Source: the human T2T-CHM13v2.0 reference genome, Homo sapiens
Reading direction: 5' to 3' (one strand)
DNA length: 64,000 nucleotides
Assembly: GCF_009914755.1 (NCBI RefSeq)
Contig: NC_060926.1
This document shows, one piece after another, positions 53,580-64,000 of this stretch. The notes below the pieces were generated by a model that saw only the letters and a list, made by a program, of their open reading frames with translations, was not told the origin of the DNA and made no database searches. Positions within the stretch are counted from its first letter, which is position 1. Each line of letters starts with the position of its first letter. The translations under genes and the position numbers were made by a program.

Positions 53580-55660
53580 TCATGGCCTTTGACATCCCCT
53601 CCCATGGTTCTACTCAACCTCAACCACTCCCCTCTCTCTGTGAAAATTTCAGAAGAGTATTCTCCACTTGCTGTCTTCATATCTCACTGGTACACTTGAA
53701 ATCATTTTCTGCCTGCACTTTTGCAAAGAAACTGTTTTTGTTAAGGTTAATAAAGACCTCCTATCAACACAATTCATTTGGCATCTTTTAGATCCCAAAT
53801 GTTGCTTCTCATATCTGTGACTTTGGACACCATTGACTACTCTCTCCTTCATGAAACTCTCTTCTCCTTTAGCTTCTGGTGATATTCTAGAAGTGACCCA
53901 GATGTCATTCCTTTGCTTCGTCCTTTCTTTTTTCTTTTTTTCTTTTTTGCCTTGGTCTCAGCTACTGGCTCTTTCTGCTCCAAAATGTTGGTGTTCCTAA
54001 GGTTTCTTCCCCAAGCCCTTTTCTCTCTGCACACTGTAGGTTCCTTTTGAGTCATCTTATCAACCATTGGGGCTCCAGTTGCCATTAATACAAACCTGAC
54101 TAAAAGGAAAGAAAAAGAATTGAGGAAGTCTAGAAACAGTTTGACTGACCGAGTTTAACATCCTGATCCTGTCTGAATCATCCTTGTGAGGAAATACTGG
54201 TGAATCTGGCCAATTTGGTGGAAAGGTGTTGGTCCAAATTGTCCATGGTATTTACCCAACAGGGTAGGAAGAAAATGGACAGCCAATAGAGAACAGAATT
54301 GTGTCTGAGGAGGATTGCCAAGGGTCAAACTGAAGAAGCCACTAGATTGAGTGGCTAGTGCAGTTGGAAATAGGAAACTATCCTGAAATGTAATCATCAT
54401 CTAACTCAAGTCCCTGCCTTCAGGGCTTCCTTGCACCAACACACCTTTCACAAAGCTGCCAGACTTAGGTTTCTACAACTTACCTTCGTAATAGTATTAC
54501 TCCTCTGCTATTATGTGGTAGTTCCTTATTGTCTGCAGAATAGAGACACTCATGAGGCTTTTCATGAGCTGGTCCCAGCTTGTCTGTTTAGCTTCATGTT
54601 TTCCTGATCCCTGTCTTATACCCTGTGTTCCATTGATGCCATGCTTCCTGATGATCCCTGAGCACATCCAGATGATGTACACGCGTTCCTCTGTGAGGAC
54701 CTCCAAGACCTCCTCATTTCCTCATTCATTCATCAGGACATAGTTCTTGAACACCTGCTGTGGGCCCAGTTCTGAGCTCAGTGCAGATAGCTATGCTGCA
54801 AGACAAAAGCATACACAGTCTCCGCTCTATTGGAGACAGATAGTGATCAAAGAGCTTCAGGAAAGGCACCACATTTCACTTATGGTAAGTTTTATGAAGG
54901 CAAAGTACATGGTGCTGTAACAGAGTGAAATGGGGGAAATGGCCTAGTTAGAAAAAGTGGAGAGCCAAAGAAAGAGTTAGGAGTTAGCTAAGGGCACAGA
55001 GAGCATGTGCAAAGGCCCTGAATAGAAGGAAATTGGCAGGTATGCTGAGAAGGACAAAGAGGGTATGGTAGAGAGAAAGGGTGACAAGTGAGGAGGTAGG
55101 GACCTTCTAAAAAGGGAGGTTGGATGGTCCCCTGAGAACCACAGGGAGCCATAAATGCTTGTAAGCAGGGGTTGGGGTGGTATCAACATGATCAGGTTTG
55201 CTTTTAAAAAGGTTAGTCTGGCTGCATGTGGAGAATGGATTTAAGGGGAGAAGACTGGAGGTAGGAAAACCAAGAAGGAAGCTGTGGCAATTGTCCCTGT
55301 GAGTAATGACAGCCTGAATCCTGCTCTGAGCATCACCATATCTCGCCTGGGCTATTGTAACAGCCTCCTAACCACTGTTGCTCTTGGCCCCTCCTCTAGT
55401 GAGTTTAAAGTTCTGTGAAAAGTCTGGACTGGAGAGTTACAGACGAACCTGAAACCTAGGGGACTCTGGGATGTCATTGCACTTTTACTTATTTCTTTTG
55501 GAACACTTGTTATATTGCTCTAAATTGACTGATTTACATGCCTGTTTTTCCCAGGCCTCTGCCATCACTTAGACACATGTCTTATTCATCCTGGTCTTCT
55601 CAGAGCAAAGCAAAGTCTCTGACATGGTATATGCTCAACGAATGAAAGAATGAGGATCAT
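53580..55660. mobile_element. Cluster of L2 fragments on both strands
   Basis: L2-like text at 53580-54085 (+), 54400-54720 (+), 54720-55320 (-) and 55320-55660 (+). Confidence 0.6.
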
Positions 55661-55677
55661 ATTAATAAAAATTATTA

Positions 55678-55974
<297 letters not shown>

Positions 55975-56195
55975 TTATGACTGTTGTACCACAGAATGCA
56001 ACCATGAATCTGTAATAACTCTAAAATTAATATTTAACACTGTTAGAGGTTCTAGATAATTTTAAAAAGTAGGGACAAGTTCAGATATTCAAAGAACTCC
56101 ATGTATTAGCAAAAATAAAATAAGCAATAAAAACAGATGGGAACATTAATTTTGTTGTTATGAAGGAATATTGGTCTTTTCTATACTAATATTTA

Positions 56196-56644
<449 letters not shown>

Positions 56645-56667
56645 CTTTGTTCAGAAGGTAAATTTCC

Positions 56668-56842
56668 CCCATGGTTTCCAGCTCTGACTGCACATTAGAA
56701 TCAGCTGAGGGACTCTACAAAGACCGGGAAGCCTGTGCCCTACCTCTGACTAAGTCCTACTTCTGAGTGAGGCCAAACTTTGGGATTTTTTTGAAAAGCT
56801 GCCCACACGGTTCAGGTGTGCATGCAGACTGAGAAGCACTGC
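56668..56842. mobile_element. MER5B-like MITE
   Basis: CTGCACATTAGAATCA...TTTTTGAAAAGCT...CTGAGAAGCACTG. Confidence 0.6.
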
Positions 56843-57019
56843 TTTGCTAGAGTGTCCTGGAGGGACGGGCTGATGAGCGATAGGATGCAACATTGATGTC
56901 CCTGCAGAGAGAGCCAACAGAGGAAATAGGGGAAGAGGAAGAATGCTCCTAATCAAGTTGTAGAGAACTTACCAGACACCAAAGTCTGACGTATATCAAT
57001 TAAAGAATTTGGAAACTCA

Positions 57020-57552
<533 letters not shown>

Positions 57553-58184
57553 TCATAACACTCTTCCATAATCTGAAGACAAACAGATTTATTACAAAAA
57601 AAAGGAGTTAAAGTCCATGAATTCATAAATATCTTTATTAAAGAAGAAAAGATAGTTTTATTTCTCTAAAAGAAAGGCAGGCTGTCTTAAATTAGCTTCC
57701 ATCACCATTTAAAAAAATATTTAAATATTAATAACTGCCCACTTGGAGGAGAGTGAAGGAAACTGGCTTGACATTGAATGACTCTGCAAGTAGTCATTTA
57801 ATTATAGAGTAGCTCCATGTGTCTACCTTACAAAAAAGTAGAACACTTTCTAGTTTAAATATTGGCTTCCTGAACAATTATCGCATTTGCTTCTTAAAAA
57901 ATTCTGGCAAGGTAGTAGGGTAGGAATTTCTGTTGGTGTTTGAGAGACAAGGACACTGAGGCTCAGAGCTGCATAAAATCATGCAAATAACAGGAAGCAC
58001 ATTTGAGACTTGGCTTCCAAGCTTGTGATTCCAAATCTAACTTCTCACTGCATCATCCTACTGCTCATTAAAAGTGGGAGCTTTACAAAGCCTTGATTTC
58101 AGAGCAGTACAGAACTTTACAGAAGTTCAAAGTCTGGTTTTCAAAATGAGATAATAGATTGAAGGACCACATTAGGTATATAGT

Positions 58185-58712
58185 AGTGGGTTGCTTAATT
58201 TTACGCGTCAACTTGACTGGGCTAAAGGATGCTGAAATATCTGGTAAAACATTTCTGGGTATGTCTGTGAAAGTGTTTTGGGAAGAGATTAACATTTGAA
58301 TCAGTAGACTCGGTAAAGAAAATTAAGTTCATCAATACAATAATTTTATCATTTTATGGATAATTTTATCCTTTTAGGGCCCAAATAGGTCAAAAAAGTA
58401 GAGGAGGGTGAATTCACTCTGTTTGAGCTGGGACATCTGTCTTTCTCTGCCATCAGACATCAGTGCTCTTGGTTTTCAGGCCTTTGGGTCTGAACTGGAG
58501 CATACACCATTAGCTCTCCTGTTTCTCAGGCCTTCAGACTTGGACTTCAGAGTTCCAGTGGAATTGCATCACCAGTTTTCTGGTTCTCCAGTTTACAAAC
58601 AGCAAATTGTGGGACTTCTCAGCCTTCATAATCACATGAGCCAATCCTCACTACAAATCTCCTCTTATATACACATATGTTGTTGGTTCTAGTTCTCTGG
58701 AGAACCCTGAAG
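58185..58712 (+). mobile_element. MLT2 (ERVL) solo LTR
   Basis: TAATTTTACGCGTCAACTTGACTGGGCTAA...TTCTCTGGAGAACCCTGA. Confidence 0.85.
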
Positions 58713-58738
58713 AGACCTGGCCATTCAAAGGCATGGGA

Positions 58739-59468
<730 letters not shown>

Positions 59469-59711
59469 TAAATTTCAAGGAAGAAGAAACATGTTCTACT
59501 TCATAAAGCTGCATGTGATAGGGTGCTAACTGGGAAATCGGAGATGCTCTCCATAGACTCCACTGTCAGTGTCTGTGTTCCTAGTGAATGAGGGAGCCAG
59601 TGACTAGTTTGCCTGTTTGTTAGCAGGAGTGTCTGCTACATGCTGTGGCATGAAGCAAGTTATCAATTTTCTTTGGACTTTGTAGTGAGCATACTCAGGT
59701 GATGAGCACTT

Positions 59712-59818
59712 GTTTTTTTTTTTCTTTCTTCTTCTTCTTCTTATTATACTTTAAGTTCTAGGGTACACGTGAACAACATGCAGGTTTGTTACATATGTAT
59801 ACATGTGCAATGTTGGTG
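59712..59818 (-). mobile_element. Very short L1PA 3' end
   Basis: TTATTATACTTTAAGTTCTAGGGTACA; TSD GAGCACTTGTTT. Confidence 0.9.
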
Positions 59819-59829
59819 GAGCACTTGTT

Positions 59830-61120
59830 TTGTTTTGATTTTTCTTCTTGGAATCCATTCTACCTTCAAGTACTCCTCTTTTCCTTAGAAAACAGACCTC
59901 ATCTCAATAAAAATATAAATAAAAATTAATTAATTAATTTCAATCAATTAAATTTGTTAATTAAAGAAATTTTTCCAGCTTATATTTTCAAAAGTAATGA
60001 AGTTTTGTGAACATTTTCAATAGCCCAACCTAAATTTATAATTGAAGATAAAGTAGACTGCTTCAAGAAGTCTAAATGAACAGAAATCTCTCTTGCTAAA
60101 GATAAGTGTTCAATGCTTTGCATTTAATCCCCAAAATACTTTAGATCCAACTTTGCTTAGAGAACACCCAGTAAAAGATAAGCAACAGCTGTTATGTTTG
60201 ACCTACATGTGACCTCTTCCTCATTCTCATTCCATGTGGCTTAAGTCTCATTGACTCTATCTCCCAACTCCAGGGTTTGCTTCAGCCATTTAGAGTATTC
60301 TAAGGCTGAAACAGTTGAGGACCACTGAATTAGTCAGGGTTCTTCAGAGAAACAGAGCCAATGGGATGGATGGATAGAGAGATAGATAGACAGATAGATG
60401 AAAGAGGATTTATTATGGGAATTGACTCCTGTGATTATGGAGGCTTAGGAGTCCCCTGACAGGCTACCTGCAAGGTAGAGAACCAGGGAAGCTGGTAGCA
60501 TGGCTCAGTCCAAGTCCAAAGGTCTGAGAACCAAGAGAGCCATTGGTGTAACTCTGGGTCTGAGACCAAAGTCCAGAGAAACTGAGGGACTGCTGGTGCA
60601 AATCCTGGAGTCCAAAGGCCAGAGAACCTGGAGTTCTGATGTCCAAGGGCAGGAGAAGATGGTGTCGCAGTTGCAGAAGAGAGAGCAAATTCAGCTTTCC
60701 TCTGCCTTCTGGTTCTGTTTGGACCCTTAACTAATCAGATGGTGCCCACCCACATTGGGTGAGGATGGGTCTTCCTTACTCTACTGATTTAAAAGCCAAT
60801 TTCTTCTGGAAATACCCTCACAGATATACCAGAAATAATGTATTCCCAGCTATTTGGGTTTCTTAACCCAGACAAGTTGACACCTAAAATTAACTACCAC
60901 AGCCACCATATGGAAAGAGCCTGCCTGAGAATAAAACCAACATAGAGGAGAGCAGAGTGGAGGAAGGAGAGGGCTACAGAGACCAGCTCCTGACGATCTC
61001 ACCTGAGCCCCTGCATCCAGCCATGCCTGAAGGCTTTTGATTATGTGGAGCAATACATCCTCTTTTTGTTTAAGCTTGTGTGAGTTAGTTTTAGTCACTT
61101 GCAACTGAAAGAGTCCTGCC
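59830..61120 (+). mobile_element. MLT1J/K-like LTR broken by the inverted duplicate and an MLT2 LTR
   Basis: Collinear pieces: ATCCATTCT..TTTCCTT (59856-59890), CTCATTCCATGTGG..CTCCAGGG (60225-60276), GAGCCTGCCTGAGAAT..CACTTGCAACTGAAAGAGTCCTG (60917-61118). Confidence 0.65.
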
Positions 61121-61530
61121 CAGCATATTATAACAGTGATCTCAGTTCAGTTATTTCTATTCTGATCTCATATAAGCTAATCTTACTTTCCTATTTTGCT
61201 AGAAGACAGAAATGAAGGTCAAATGTATGTCAAACATAACAGCTGTTGCTCATCTGCTGGGTGCTCTCAAAGCAAGATTGGATCTAATTTATTTTGAGGA
61301 TTAAATGTAAAGCTTTGAACCCTTATCTTTAGCAAGGGAGATTTCTGTTCACTTAGACTTCTTGAAACAGTCCACTTTATCTTTAATTATAAATTTAGGT
61401 TGGGCTATTGAAAATGTTAAAAAAATTCATTATTTTTGAAAATATAAGGTGGAAAAATTTAATTAACAAATTTAATTGATCGATTTAAATTAATTAATTA
61501 ATTAAAAATTATTTTTTAGAAGTGAGGTCT
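59894..61530. repeat. Long inverted repeat, arms 59894-60215 and 61216-61530
   Basis: For example AGCAACAGCTGTTATGTTTGAC (60181) is the reverse complement of GTCAAACATAACAGCTGTTGCT (61229); complementarity continues for ~320 bp. Confidence 0.95.
60327..60900 (-). mobile_element. MLT2 (ERVL) solo LTR
   Basis: ATTAGTCAGGGTTCTTCAGAGAAACAGAGCCAAT...CAAGTTGACACCTAAAATTAACTACCACA. Confidence 0.88.
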
Positions 61531-61622
61531 CACTTTTTTGACCAGGTTTGTCTCAAATACCCAGGCTCAATCAATCCTCCCACCTTGACCTCCCAATGTG
61601 CTGGTATTACAGGCGTGAGCCA
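61512..61622 (-). mobile_element. Alu monomer (FLAM)
   Basis: Single diverged arm. Confidence 0.8.
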
Positions 61623-61809
61623 TCTAAGTTTCTAAGCCTGAAAAATTTCTAAGTTAAAAACTTGCAAGACTTGAAAAGAAGTGAGAGAAAGAATGAGGCT
61701 CATTCGAAAATGCAATTAGCAAATATTCTTGGGAGAAGACTCACTGAATTTCCAGTCCATATTTTCTGGCTTGTTTTCCTTAGGCAGGATAAAAATAATG
61801 ACAGCTAAG

Positions 61810-62452
<643 letters not shown>

Positions 62453-62689
62453 GGTTTTCTCTTGCTTTTCTTACAACTATGGGTATCAAAACCAGGGATA
62501 TGAATTGTTGTTTTTAAGATTGCAGTGGTTATTTGTGGTGCTTTGAATCTAAATAAAAACTCAATTCTAACTGATGAAAAGGATAATAATATATTAACTA
62601 GACAATAATAAAATATACAATGTAGAATACAATACAATAGATATAACAACAGCCACAGAAACACATAGTGAGCACTTAAAAAATGTATA

Positions 62690-62821
62690 TATTTATTTAT
62701 TTTTGTAGAGGTGAGGTCTTACTATGTTGCCCAGGTTGGTCTTGAACTCCCAGTCTCAAACAATACTCCTACCTTGCCTCCCAAAGTGCTCAGATTACAG
62801 GCATCAGCCAGTGCACCCAGT
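62690..62821 (-). mobile_element. Alu monomer (FLAM)
   Basis: Single arm. Confidence 0.85.
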
Positions 62822-63043
62822 CTATTGAGTATTTATTATATGCTAGGTCCTGTTCTAAATACTTAACATGCATTTCTTATTTGTCTTTCATAGCAACAAT
62901 GTCAACCATCTTGTGTAATAAGGCTCAAAGAGGCTGTCTCACTAGCCCCTGGCCTCCTGGTTGGTTAGTGAGAAAAAAAGAATTCAAACGCAGGTTGGCC
63001 TGACTCTAGGAATCAATTACCAAACCTTATTGTCTAGATTTAA

Positions 63044-63359
<316 letters not shown>

Positions 63360-64000
63360 CTGTTTGGAATTTAAATCCCTCCTGTATTCCGAATTGTACA
63401 GAAATTTAACTGAGGATGTTTTGCTTGTCCTGTGTGGTGATTTAAAGATGTTTAAGCAACATTAAAAATCAGTGTTGGGGTAGGTAATTGCCATTGAATG
63501 CACAGTTTTAGGTTTTCGCAAAAAGTGAGAAGATCTGGCTACCCTAAGCTCTTATTTCTCCAAAATGGGAGGCACAGGCTATGTCCAGCTGACCCCTATC
63601 AAGGAGCAGATACACTTGGAGTTGGCCCTGCTCTCTGCGAACACTCTTGTGGCTTCCTGGATTTCTTGCTTCCATCCTTCCTCTCATTTGTCAGTTCTTT
63701 GTCTTTAAGGAAACAGGCCCGATTGCATCAAGCCTGCTGAAAGGCTTCAGTGGTCCTCTATTACCTGAAAGTACTTAAAACCCTGATCTACCCACTTTCT
63801 AGTCTTCGCTGCCCTTCACCTCTATCCGCCCCTTATGTCTTGTACTCTAGCCATGCTGGGCTCCACACTGTCTGCTATGTACCATGCCCCACCATGCCTC
63901 CCTATGTTCATGTCTTTTTCATGCTGTTCTGGTGCCAACAATGTCCTCCTACTTTCTCAATTGTTAAATACCTAATCAGAATTTAAAATCCATTTCAAAT

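Noticed and set aside
59894-61530. Long inverted repeat as terminal repeats of a new DNA transposon
   Set aside because: The arms include an Alu-monomer tail, and the left arm interrupts an MLT1 LTR that continues into the spacer, so a local duplication fits better.

Overview
Primate (human-like) genomic DNA, roughly two-thirds interspersed repeats, with no intact protein-coding gene that I can support. It contains a processed RPL9 pseudogene (cut by the window start), a full-length processed RPL12 pseudogene and a 3'-truncated 5S rRNA pseudogene. Repeats include about 50 Alu copies or fragments, a full-length decayed L1PB1 with nested MER4A1 and Alus, an L1PA nested inside another L1PA, many solo LTRs, and MER, L2 and MIR fossils. 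Repeat subfamily names come from recalled consensus sequences, not from a search. Most notable: (1) a hAT transposon fossil at about 35.1-37.5 kb with recognisable transposase motifs, split by three Alus and itself splitting an L2; (2) a ~320 bp inverted duplication of non-repeat DNA with microhomology at both junctions (59.9 and 61.2 kb); (3) several other templated-insertion or duplication scars; (4) two retroelements inserted into their own family with the 5' junction at the homologous position; (5) a strong candidate 98-nt exon at 40.2 kb and repeat-free islands that look like enhancers. I do not see a convincing novel multi-gene system.
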